Of a stretch of 64,000 bases of DNA, positions 55,080 to 64,000 are shown in pieces (positions within the stretch are counted from its first letter, which is position 1; each line of letters opens with the position of its first letter). The stretch spans positions 2,528,001-2,592,000 of the forward strand of contig CAVTCS010000003.1 of the NCBI GenBank assembly GCA_963733295.1. Direction: 5' to 3'. This stretch comes from Vulcanimicrobiota bacterium (GTDB lineage Bacteria; Vulcanimicrobiota; Vulcanimicrobiia; Vulcanimicrobiales; Vulcanimicrobiaceae). The translations under genes were made by a program, and so were the position numbers. A model generated the notes under the pieces. It did no database searches and was not told the DNA's origin. It saw only the letters and a program-made list of their open reading frames with translations.

Positions 55080-57395
55080 GTGAACGGCGCCCGCCTGCTT
55101 CCGCTCGCCGTTGCGTTCGTCGCCGGTATCGCAGCCCATCGGCACGGACTCGCGTTTCCTTTGCTCTTTGCGGCTGCAGCCTGCGCAGCCGTTCGGCGGC
55201 TGCCGAACGCCGTGCGTGCCGGCGTGCCCGTCGCATGCGCGCTCGGCGTTCTGAGCGCCGCAGTTCGCGGATCTGCGCCGGCCGATGCGCCGAACCGGCC
55301 GCAGCTGTTCCACGCCGTCGTGCTCGCCACGGAACAAAGCGTTTCCGATACGGCCGAGGTCACGCTCAAGCTCGACGACGGACGGCGGGTCCTGGCCTTC
55401 ATCGCCGGCGCTCCGGAAGAGGCCGGGCGGCAGCTGCTCGTGCACGGGACGTTCGAGCCGCTCGACGAGCCGCGCAATCCCGGAGAGCCGTCGGCGCGCG
55501 AACTCGGCGCGGAGCGCGGCATCGATGGGCGCATCTTTCGGCCGCGCATCCTGCGCAGCGACCCGGTGGATCCGCGCGATCCTTCGCTGTGGTTGCCGCG
55601 AGCGCGCGCTTGGGCGGCACAAACGCTTCGCCGCGAGCTGCCGGAACCCGACGCGACGATTCTCGCGGGCGCACTATGGGGCGAACGGGGCGCCCTGCCT
55701 CCCGACCTCCGGGCGGAATTCCAGGACACGGGCACGGTGCACGTTCTGGTTACCGCCGGTTTGCATTTGGGTGTTGTGGCCTGGCTCGCAGTCGTCGCGT
55801 TGCGTACCGCCGGTTGCGGTCGCGTCTCGTCCTCCCTCGCCACAATCGCACTCGTCTGGCTCTACGCCGTCTTCACCGGCGCACATTTACCCTCACTGCG
55901 CGCGGCGACGATGCTTTCGTTCGGACTCTTGGCGCGGGCTTCGGGCCGCGAGGCCTTGAGTTGGAACGCGCTGGCGGCCGCGGCAATCGTGTGCGGGGCG
56001 CTGCGCCCGGCCTCGGTCCTCTCGCTTTCGTTCGCGCTCTCGTTTTCGTGCGTGGGCTCGATCCTCTTGTTTGCGAAGACGATCGCCGGCGAACTCGAAC
56101 GCGTCGCGCTTCCCTCGTTCGCCAGGGACGCGATCGCGTTGACGTTCGCAACCCAACTCGGGACGTGGCCCCTCACCGCTGCCGCGTTTCTCGTTTTCGC
56201 TCCGTACGCCGCGCCGGCGAACGTCTGCGTGATTCCGGCCGTCGGCGTCGCAATGCTGACCGGTTTCGTCGAGTTGGCGCTGAGCGGCATCCCGCCGCTC
56301 GCGCACGCCGCCGCGAACGTCGAAACCTCGCTGCTCGACTGGATCGTCGGCGTGGTCCGGTTCGTCGCCGGATTGCCCGGCGCACACGTCACCATGACGC
56401 CGCCCCCGGCCTGGACGATTCTCGCATACGACCTCGCGCTGCTCGCTGCGGCGGCGTTGCTGCACGGCCGGAAGCGTGCTGCCGCGCTGGCGCTCGTGGC
56501 ACTTGCAGCGGCGTTCTGCGTTTGGCCTCCGCGTGCCCCGGACCACGCCCTGAGAATCATCGCACTCGATGTCGGGCAAGCCGACGCGCTCCTCATACGC
56601 ACGCCGAACGGTCACGCCTTTCTCGTCGACGCGGGCGGCCAACTCGAACGTGGCCCGCAACGCGACGGCGCCTCGCGCGCCGAGGCGGTCGGCGAGCGGG
56701 TCGTCGTACCGCTTCTCATCCGCCAAGGGATACACCATCTCGATGCGATCTTGCTCTCGCATCCGCACGGCGATCATGCCGGCGGAATCGCGCCGGTGTC
56801 TCCGTTCGCTGGGCGCCGAGCAGATTCGCCGACAGCGGGCAGACATATCCTGGACATGCGTATCGCGACGCGCTCGAGGTCGCGCTAGAAAAGCGCATGT
56901 CCGATGCTCGAACCCCGCGGCGGCGACGTCTGGCATACGGACGACGGTGTGACGTTCCGCTTCTACGGTCCGACGTCGCCCTACATTACCGGATCCCGGA
57001 GCGATATCAATAGTAATTCGCTCGTGTTCCGCTTGGAGTTCGGCCATTTCCAAATGCTCTTCATGGGTGATGCCGGCCGGGAAACGGAGGAACGCTTGCT
57101 GGCCGACGGTGTCGATCTGCACGCCGGCGTCCTCAAAGTCGGCCACCACGGCTCGGCATACGGAACCACGCCGGCGTTTCTGCGCGCCGTCTCGGCACGC
57201 GCAGCGATCGTCTCGGTCGGCCGCCACAATCTCTTCGGCCACCCCGCCGCGACGACGCTTCGCGCGTTGCAAGATTCGGGCGCGACGGTGTACCGCACCG
57301 ATCGCGATGGTGCCGTTACCGTCGAGAGTGACGGAAAGGGGTTTTCGGTGAAAGGGTACTTGCTACGCGACGCCGGGATTGCGATTCGGGGCTAA
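55080..57395 (+). CDS. comEC: Competence protein ComEC/Rec2, interrupted by three +1 indels at ~56799-56900
   Basis: 'F..TG.VHVL...GLH', 'S.LRA..M', 'LDVGQAD', 'SHPHGDH.GG', downstream 'LFMGD', 'LKVGHHGS', 'N.FGHP', 'YRTD.DG'. Confidence 0.9.
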
Positions 57396-57453
57396 TTTGA
57401 GCTCTTGGGCGGCGCTAGAGGAATTGAGCGTCTCGCGTTATTGAGTGGCCTAC

Positions 57454-58321
57454 ATGCGGAAGCCCCAGGTGATCGTGGTAGGCGCCGGGCCAGCGGGATC
57501 GTGTTTGGCCTCCTGCTCGCCCGCAGCGGCATCAACGTCACGGTTCTCGAGCAGGCTACAACCTTCGCTCGCGACTTTCGTGGCGAAGTTATTCAGCCGG
57601 GAGTCATTCGGATTCTCGGCGACCTCGGTCTGCGCGAACGCCTTCTCACGCTCAGCGGCGGCTTTCCCGAAGGCATCGATATCCAGTACGGTCGGAAAAC
57701 CCTGAGTTTCGACTTCCCGCGAGTTTCGAGCCAACGCGGTGCGGCGGCAATGCGATTGTGCCGCAGCAGCGGCTCCTTGAAATTCTTGCCGCCGAAGCAA
57801 CGCTCCAAACCAATTTCACATTCACAATGGGCTGCTCGGTGCGCGGACTCTTACGCGACGCATACGGCATCGTTGGCGTTCGTGCACAGCTCCACGACGG
57901 CGAATCCGTCGAGCTCCGCGCCGACATCGTCGTCGGTTGTGACGGACGGTTTTCAGCAGTTCGGCGGACAGCCGGAATCGAATAACGCGAGAAACACATC
58001 GCCTTCGACTTGCTATGGTTCTCGATACCGATCCCTGACGGCGTTACGAATCGACTGCGCGTGCGCACAAAGGACAACGAACTGTTCGTCGCATTCGCGA
58101 GCCGCAGTCAGAGAATGCAGCTCGGATGGCTGATCCGTAAGGGTGAATACGGTCGCTTACGCGAGCGACCGTTCGGCGAAGTCGTGAATTGCATCGCGGC
58201 TCACGTTCCCGCTGCGTGTGGTGACACGGTTCGACAGACGTTGAAGGGCTGGCCGGATTTGTATTTACTCCCCGTCGTCAGTCAAATTGCAGAGCGGTAG
58301 TCGGAACCCGGCCTGCTGCTG
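57454..58321 (+). pseudogene. FAD-dependent monooxygenase pseudogene truncated by an IS end
   Basis: GAGPAG, 'RDFRG', 'ADIVVGCDGRFS' in three frames; premature TAA 57983 and TAG 58298; stops at 'PGLLL' where the IS IR begins. Confidence 0.85.
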
Positions 58322-58347
58322 TGAAATGACCCCGCGGTTTCTGGACA
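58322..58347 (-). mobile_element. IS3-family terminal inverted repeat
   Basis: TGAAATGACCCCGCGGTTTCTGGACA (TG-terminus), exactly at the pseudogene truncation point. Confidence 0.65.
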
Positions 58348-58385
58348 GTTGTCTTGTCTAAATCTGATTGCGTCGGTTCATGCGG

Positions 58386-58787
58386 CTACGATGTACGTCC
58401 CCAAGCTTGCGCCCCGATTTTCCATTCGTCACGTTCCCTGGAGAACGTATACGCTAGGGTGCCGGTCCGAGCCGCGGTCTGACCCTTAATCGTCACCGTA
58501 AGGGTGCCGGAGATTACGGCGTAAGCCGATGACCCTTCGACATTCCAGAATCCCATTTCGTACGACAGATGCTCGTACGTGACGCCGAGGTCCTTACGCC
58601 ATTTCTCTACATCGGCGAGCCAATTGGCCGGAGCATTGGGGTTCAACCAGCGGTAGGGCGCGATTCCGTCGATGATGATTGCGTTTTCGGCAAAGACACT
58701 GCGGAATATTTCAGTGCTCTGGGCGTTAAAGCCGTTGATGTGTTTCTCAATTAAACTCTGGATTTCAGCCGGCGGGGCGTTAGACAT
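58386..58787 (-). CDS. SnoaL/NTF2-like (DUF4440) protein
   Basis: GGAGG SD; 'I.GFN......F...A.IID...PY.W', terminal 'WKI....W'. Confidence 0.8.
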   Translation of the reverse strand: MSNAPPAEIQSLIEKHINGFNAQSTEIFRSVFAENAIIIDGIAPYRWLNPNAPANWLADVEKWRKDLGVTYEHLSYEMGFWNVEGSSAYAVISGTLTVTIKGQTAARTGTLAYTFSRERDEWKIGAQAWGRTS

Positions 58788-58809
58788 GGTTACCCTCCAG
58801 TGCACGCGG

Positions 58810-59010
58810 TTGTATTGTTCATCATCTGCTGCCAGTCAGTCGGCGACTGATAGCCAAGCCTTGAGTGCGGCGGAACTCGTTGTGGTGCTTCACTCACGCC
58901 GTGATCGCAGCCTTTGCCGCATCGTAGGTATCGAAGCGCTGCCGCCAGATGCATTCGAGCTTCAAGGTTCCCATGAAGGACTCGGCGACGCCATTTTGCC
59001 TGGGCGGTGC
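58810..59010 (-). mobile_element. IS3-family transposase C-terminal remnant
   Basis: 'QNGVAESFMGTLKLECIW..RFDT...A..AI..*..H.N..R' then, frameshifted, 'HSRLGYQSP..W'. Confidence 0.8.
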
Positions 59011-59057
59011 GGAAGAATGAATTCCTGCTGGATGCCGTATGACTCGCGGCGGAAACA

Positions 59058-59184
59058 TGGCGCACCGACTACAACGAGCGCCGCCCACACACGACCCTCG
59101 GCGGAATGACCCCGGCGGAGTTCCTAAAAACCTTCAAACAACCCGACCCACTGCTTCAAGCGGCCCTATGATCGGGGCAACGTC
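59058..59184 (+). mobile_element. Second IS3-family (IS407-like) transposase tail plus right end
   Basis: WRTDYNERRPHTTLGGMTPAEF...* followed by tcggggcaacgtc end-like sequence. Confidence 0.75.
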
Positions 59185-59590
59185 GCTTCGCGCCGGACAA
59201 ATCCGAGGGATCAAGTGTCGTTGCGACGGGCGGTACCTGATAGCCCGGCGTGATCAGTCCGGTCGGAGGTGGTCCGGTGTCGCATATGTCAGTGGATTCG
59301 TCCGGCGGATTTGTCGCTTGAGGACACACTGTCGGGTCGCATGCAACGAACGTGGTCGAGATAGGGCCATAAAGTGGCGTAGTCGACGTCCCGGGACTTG
59401 GTACTGTGTACCACGCCCCAACAAGTGGATACGAAGCGGGTTCAGTATCCGTCTCCGTTTGAATCGTTTCCATCTGGATGTACTCGACACCGGTTCCAGT
59501 CGGGGTGGGGTAAGCGGGTTGCGGCGACACCACGATATTCGAATCCGAGGCCGGCGAAGACAGAACTAGGAAATACAACGGCGATCTCAT
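59185..59590 (-). pseudogene. Pro/Thr-rich protein fragment, probably truncated by the IS
   Basis: part of ORF 59156..59785 reads as plausible protein (YPLVGAWYTVP...ACDPTVCP) and runs into the IS end. Confidence 0.35.
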
Positions 59591-59700
59591 CCTTGCTCGA
59601 TCCAGCGAACGAGTAATTGTGGATGGCCCCAACCGAAAAGCAACAATTTGAAGGGAAGAAACGGCCAGGCGGATATGTCCCTGCGAAGATGTCGATGAAG

Positions 59701-61785
59701 ATGAAAAGCCTTGCTGCGGCGCTGCTGGCTGCCCTCGCCATGACGTCGTATCGGCCCGTGCCGCTCGCGGCGCAGTCAGAAGCAACGCCCACGACCGAGA
59801 ACTGGAATCTTTCGGCCGCTCAGATCAAGACTGGCTGCTCCGCCGCCATCGCCACGGCCCGAAAGGCGGTAACCGCACTGGCCGCGTTCAAGGGACCGCA
59901 CACGTTCTTGAGCGTCGTTCTGCCGCTCGAAAACCTCAGCTCGGACCTAAGTGACAGCCTGGTCGCGCAGACGTTCCTGTTTAGCGTCGCCCTCGAGAAG
60001 AACGTCCGATCGGCCTCGCTGGATTGCAACAACGACGTGGCCGCCTTCGGCATCGACGAGACGGCGAATCCGGCGATTTACGCGGCGCTCGTGCAAGCAA
60101 AGAAAAGCCACACCGCCAAAGATGTCTACGACCGGGCGTTGACCGATCTGTGGATCCAGCAGTACCGGCTTGCCGGTGCGGGCCTTCCGGCAAAACAGCG
60201 CGCCGAGTTCGTGGCGCTCAGCAAGAAGCTTAACGACCTGCAGAACCGGGCCGTCGAGAATTTTGCGAACGACGCGACGACGATCGAGCTTACGAAGGAC
60301 GAGGCCGCCGGTCTCCCGGCCGACTTTCTGGCTTCGCTCAAGACCGCTTCCGACGCAAGTTACGTCGTCCCGGTAAACGACAGCACGTACTCGATCGTCA
60401 TGAGCAATTTGCCGAATGCAGCGGGGCGTAAACGGTTTTTCCTGGCTTACGACAACATTCAGGTACCCGCCAACATAAAGGCATTAGACCAGGAGATCGC
60501 GTTACGCGATCGGTTGGCACACTTGATGGGTTTTTCGACATTTGCCGCGTACCAAATGGCCACGCGCACGGTGACGCAGCCGAGCAAGATCGAGGTATTC
60601 TTAGATCAGCTCGACGCGCACCTTCTGCCTTCCGCGCGTGGAAACATCGGCACCCTCACCGCTTTGAAAGCGAGCGAGACCGGCGATCCGCGCGCATCGC
60701 TCGACCCGTGGGACGTCTTCTATTACGTGAACGATTTGCAAAAGACGAAATACGCGGTCGATCAGAACGAAGTGCGCCAGTACTTTCCGGCCCCGCACGT
60801 CGTCGATGCGATTCTCAAGATCTATCAAACGATACTCGGCGTGACCTTTACCGTCGTGTCGCCTGCTAACAATTGGAATCCGGACGTCACCGAATACGCG
60901 GTAAGCGACACCGCCAGCGGCCGGTTCATCGGAACGTTCCTGCTCGACCTCTATCCGCGTGAGGGGAAGCCCGGTGGCGCTTTCAACGCTCCGATCCTGC
61001 CGGTGCGACGCCTCGCGAACGGCTCGCAGCGAGCGCCGATCTCGACGATCATCGTGAGCGACTGGCCCGCTCCACTCAACGGGAAGCCGGCCCTGCTGAC
61101 GCACGGTGACGTGACGACGTTCTTTCACGAGTTCGGCCACAACATGGCGGCGTTGCTCACGACGGTTCCCTACGAGTCACTTACGCAGTTCAACCAAGAC
61201 TTTGTTGAAGCTCCTTCCCAGATGCTCGAAAACTTCACCTGGGATCCGGCGATTCTCAAGCTGATCAGCTCGAACGTCGATACGGGCCAACCGCTTCCCG
61301 ACGAGCTCATCGCAAAGATGATCGACGCGCGTTGCGCGAGCGACCGGCTCTGCAACGCCTACGCGGCGGTGCAACAGATCGTCCTCTCGGTCGCCGATCT
61401 GAAGTATCATACCGCGGGGCCGAAGCTCGATACGACCGGCGTTTGGGCGCAGACCGCACGCGAATATTCACCCATGCCGCTGGCTTCGGACGCGCATCCG
61501 CAGGCTCAATTCACCCACATCCTGGGGGGCGGCTACGCCGCGGGTTACTACGTCTATCTGTGGTCGCTGGTCTACGCCCAAGACATGTTCACGGCATTTC
61601 AGAAGGGCGGCTTGGAGAGCCCCGTGGTGGGCATGCGCTACCGCAAAACCATCCTCGAACCGGCCCGCACCTACAGCCCCGATGTCGAGGTTGCGAATTT
61701 CCTGGGCCGGCCGATGAGCCCGGCAGCCTTCTACGCCGGCTTCGACCGGGTCGATGCGGGCGCGCCGGTTCCGCCCGCGAAGTAG
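59701..61785 (+). CDS. Secreted M3A metallopeptidase (thimet oligopeptidase-like)
   Basis: HEFGH, 'DLYPREGK', 'DFVEAPSQMLENF', 'GYAAGYY.YLWS'; signal peptide. Confidence 0.95.
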   Translation: MKSLAAALLAALAMTSYRPVPLAAQSEATPTTENWNLSAAQIKTGCSAAIATARKAVTALAAFKGPHTFLSVVLPLENLSSDLSDSLVAQTFLFSVALEKNVRSASLDCNNDVAAFGIDETANPAIYAALVQAKKSHTAKDVYDRALTDLWIQQYRLAGAGLPAKQRAEFVALSKKLNDLQNRAVENFANDATTIELTKDEAAGLPADFLASLKTASDASYVVPVNDSTYSIVMSNLPNAAGRKRFFLAYDNIQVPANIKALDQEIALRDRLAHLMGFSTFAAYQMATRTVTQPSKIEVFLDQLDAHLLPSARGNIGTLTALKASETGDPRASLDPWDVFYYVNDLQKTKYAVDQNEVRQYFPAPHVVDAILKIYQTILGVTFTVVSPANNWNPDVTEYAVSDTASGRFIGTFLLDLYPREGKPGGAFNAPILPVRRLANGSQRAPISTIIVSDWPAPLNGKPALLTHGDVTTFFHEFGHNMAALLTTVPYESLTQFNQDFVEAPSQMLENFTWDPAILKLISSNVDTGQPLPDELIAKMIDARCASDRLCNAYAAVQQIVLSVADLKYHTAGPKLDTTGVWAQTAREYSPMPLASDAHPQAQFTHILGGGYAAGYYVYLWSLVYAQDMFTAFQKGGLESPVVGMRYRKTILEPARTYSPDVEVANFLGRPMSPAAFYAGFDRVDAGAPVPPAK

Positions 61786-61887
61786 CAAGCCCGCACACTG
61801 ACAAAGGGCTCAGGCTCGGTAAAGGCTGAGCCCAAGGTCTAGCCGGGATCTTTTCACCTTGCTCGCTGGTTCGAGGAGGCCCCTACG

Positions 61888-62928
61888 GTGAAGACGAGCC
61901 GAAGCCGATTCTTGTTGCTGTCCGCCGCTGCTGCCGCGCTGCCGCGCGTGGCCGAAGCGCGCCCGCCGGGCGTGACCGACGCGGACGTCTCGAAGCTCTA
62001 CGATGCGGCAAAAAAAGAGGGCGTCGTCGTCTGGTGGACGGCGCACTACGCCCAAGACGCGGCCGAACTCGTGCGCGATGCATTCAAAGCCAAATACCCC
62101 GGCATCGACGTTCAGTTCATTCGGCAAACGGCTCAAGTCATCTACCAGCGCCTTAGCCAAGATCTCAAAGCCGGTCAGCACGAGCTCGACGTCTTCGCCT
62201 CGACCGATGAGGCGCACTACGTCACGCTAAAGAAGCAGGCAGCTCTTGCAGAATTTATCCCGGCCGATATCGACAAGCTGCCGCCTCCCTTCCGCCAACT
62301 CGATCCGGACAACACCTATCAGACCGGCGCTTTTGCTTTCGTCCTGTTCAATTTCAATCCGACCAAGGTCAAAGTGCCCCGGCGCTGGCCGGAGTTGGCG
62401 AATGCGGAGTACAACGGCAAGGTCACGCTCGGGCATCCAGCGTTTAGCGGTTACGTCGGAAACTGGGTCGTCTCGATGAACGACAAGTACGGCTGGGATT
62501 ACTTCACCAAGCTCGCACTGACGCAGCCCAAGATCAATCGGTCCATTTACGACACGGTGACCGACATCGTGAGCGGCGAAAGGCAAATAGGCGCTGGGCC
62601 GGACAGCCTGTCGCTCGAGAAGAAAGCAGCCGGGAATGCGATCGGGATCGAGTACCCCGACGACGGCGCCGTTCTGATCGCCGCCCCGATCGCGGTCCTC
62701 AAAGAGGCTCCGCATCCCAATGCCGCCCGGCTCTTCATGAACTTCTTCTACTCGCGCGAGTATTCGCAAGCCATCGTAAAGTCGTTCAACTTTCCCCTGC
62801 GCAGCGACGTGCCGTCAGCTAACGGCACGCGGCTCGACCAAATTCACTATACACGCGTCACCGCGGAGCGCCTCGCCGTCGGAATACCCGAGGTCGTCGC
62901 GAAATGGCGCGAAACGTTTGGTGTCTAA
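61888..62928 (+). CDS. ABC transporter substrate-binding protein (Fe3+/thiamine-type)
   Basis: GGAGG SD; Tat-like SRSRFLL; 'AAKKEG.VV', 'APHPNAARLF.NF'. Confidence 0.9.
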   Translation: MKTSRSRFLLLSAAAAALPRVAEARPPGVTDADVSKLYDAAKKEGVVVWWTAHYAQDAAELVRDAFKAKYPGIDVQFIRQTAQVIYQRLSQDLKAGQHELDVFASTDEAHYVTLKKQAALAEFIPADIDKLPPPFRQLDPDNTYQTGAFAFVLFNFNPTKVKVPRRWPELANAEYNGKVTLGHPAFSGYVGNWVVSMNDKYGWDYFTKLALTQPKINRSIYDTVTDIVSGERQIGAGPDSLSLEKKAAGNAIGIEYPDDGAVLIAAPIAVLKEAPHPNAARLFMNFFYSREYSQAIVKSFNFPLRSDVPSANGTRLDQIHYTRVTAERLAVGIPEVVAKWRETFGV

Positions 62929-64000
62929 GTTTCGAGCCAGCACGTTCGTGTTTGGCGTGGCAACCGTGGTGCTGCTCATCATGGTCGTCCTGCCGCTCGG
63001 GTGGCTGTTTTTTACGAGTCTCCAACAGCCCGATAGCGGCGCACTGACGCTGCACAATTACGTCGAAGCCTTCACGACCCCGATCTACCTCCGCCCGATC
63101 GTGAATTCCCTGATCCTGGCGTCGGGCGTCGCGACGATCGCCGTGTGCGTGGGGACCCCGCTTGCGTGGCTGCTGGCCCGCGCCGACCTGCCGGCACGCG
63201 GTGCGCTGCGCGCGTTGATCGTCGCTGCCTTCGTCACGCCTTCATTTCTCGGCGCCGAAGCTTGGATGCTGCTCGCGGCCCCGAACAGCGGCTGGCTCAA
63301 CAAGGCCTGGACGGCCGTCACCGGGGCCGAGCATGGTCCGCTGAACATCTACTCGCTGGCGGGCGCGATTTTCGTCATGGCCCTCTATAACATTCCATAT
63401 ACCTTCACGCTGGTGTCGGGTGCGCTCGAGTTGATGCCGGCTGAAATGGAAGACGCCGCGGCCATCCTCGGAGCGAGCACGTGGCGCAGAACCGTAGCGA
63501 TTACGCTTCCGCTCGCGCTGCCCGCAATCGTCGGCGGCTTCATCCTGTCGTTTCTCGAAGCTTCGTCGGAGTTCGGCGCGCCCGCATTTCTGCTGATTCC
63601 GGCGCGCCAGCAAGTCGTCACGACGCAACTCTACGAATTCTTTCAATACCCTATTCGCATCGAGCTTGCGGCCGCTTATGCGATACCGATGCTGTTGGTA
63701 ACGGTCGCGCTTCTGCTCGGACAACGCGCCTTGGTCGGTCGCAAGCGCTACGATGTCATAGCTGGAAAAGGCGTCCGGCGGCGCTTGGTTGCGCTCGGCC
63801 GCTGGCGTTGGCCGGCGCTGGCTTTGGCGCTGATTCCGCCATCTCTGTCGGTCTTGCTTCCGTACGGATGCCTCCTGCTCACCTCGCTCTCACGCGCATG
63901 GGGCAAGGGTCTCGCGCTTTCAAACCTGACGCTGTATTGGTACCGCTGGGCGATCTTCGACAATCAGACGACCCAAGCCGCAATCGTGCACAGCTTCCTC
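62921..64000 (+). CDS. ABC transporter permease (FbpB-type), partial at the window edge
   Basis: GTG 62921 frame stays open to the end; TM helices, EAA motif 'EMEDAAAILGAS.WR', 'EFG.P'; absent from the ORF track because no stop. Confidence 0.88.
   Translation, partial: MSKFRASTFVFGVATVVLLIMVVLPLGWLFFTSLQQPDSGALTLHNYVEAFTTPIYLRPIVNSLILASGVATIAVCVGTPLAWLLARADLPARGALRALIVAAFVTPSFLGAEAWMLLAAPNSGWLNKAWTAVTGAEHGPLNIYSLAGAIFVMALYNIPYTFTLVSGALELMPAEMEDAAAILGASTWRRTVAITLPLALPAIVGGFILSFLEASSEFGAPAFLLIPARQQVVTTQLYEFFQYPIRIELAAAYAIPMLLVTVALLLGQRALVGRKRYDVIAGKGVRRRLVALGRWRWPALALALIPPSLSVLLPYGCLLLTSLSRAWGKGLALSNLTLYWYRWAIFDNQTTQAAIVHSFL

Noticed and set aside
61800..61880. TPP riboswitch (GGCTGAG motif)
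   Set aside because: Lacks the CTGAGA...ACCTGA...GCGxAGG core.

Overview
GC-rich bacterial chromosomal window. The secreted and lipoprotein families and the atypical SRSRFL Tat signal suggest Ca. Eremiobacterota/Vulcanimicrobiota, but this is inference only. Housekeeping blocks: gdhA, aceE-aceF, uppS-typA, clpB, gyrA-trxA-selA-selB, tsaE-tsaB-rimI-yqeK-rsfS, comEA, leuS, bdh, comEC, an M3 peptidase and an ABC transporter. Selenocysteine machinery is present: tRNA-Sec(UCA) at 13554-13644 (-), selA and selB; selD is not in the window. The ORF track truncates a probable glutaredoxin-like selenoprotein (4766-5026; CPYC...G-U-TVH*) whose in-frame UGA is followed by a GGUC-loop SECIS-like hairpin. 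Accessory content: (i) a NarK transporter preceded by four 11-bp-phased GTAAC boxes (GlnR-like); (ii) a DUF305-YncE-AraC module and a secreted serpin; (iii) a K+ channel flanked by an IS3 end and a tRNA 3'-half att-like remnant; (iv) a tandem array of paralogous lipoproteins; (v) an uncharacterised, translationally coupled three-gene DyP-peroxidase module beside a disulfide-reductase homologue that lacks its catalytic cysteines; (vi) IS3 debris with a passenger gene and a pseudogene. Two genes (YncE-like, comEC) carry clusters of three compensating indels, which may be sequencing errors. There are also signs of leaderless transcription and non-canonical (CTG, ATA) starts. All family assignments come from motif recognition; no database searches were run.
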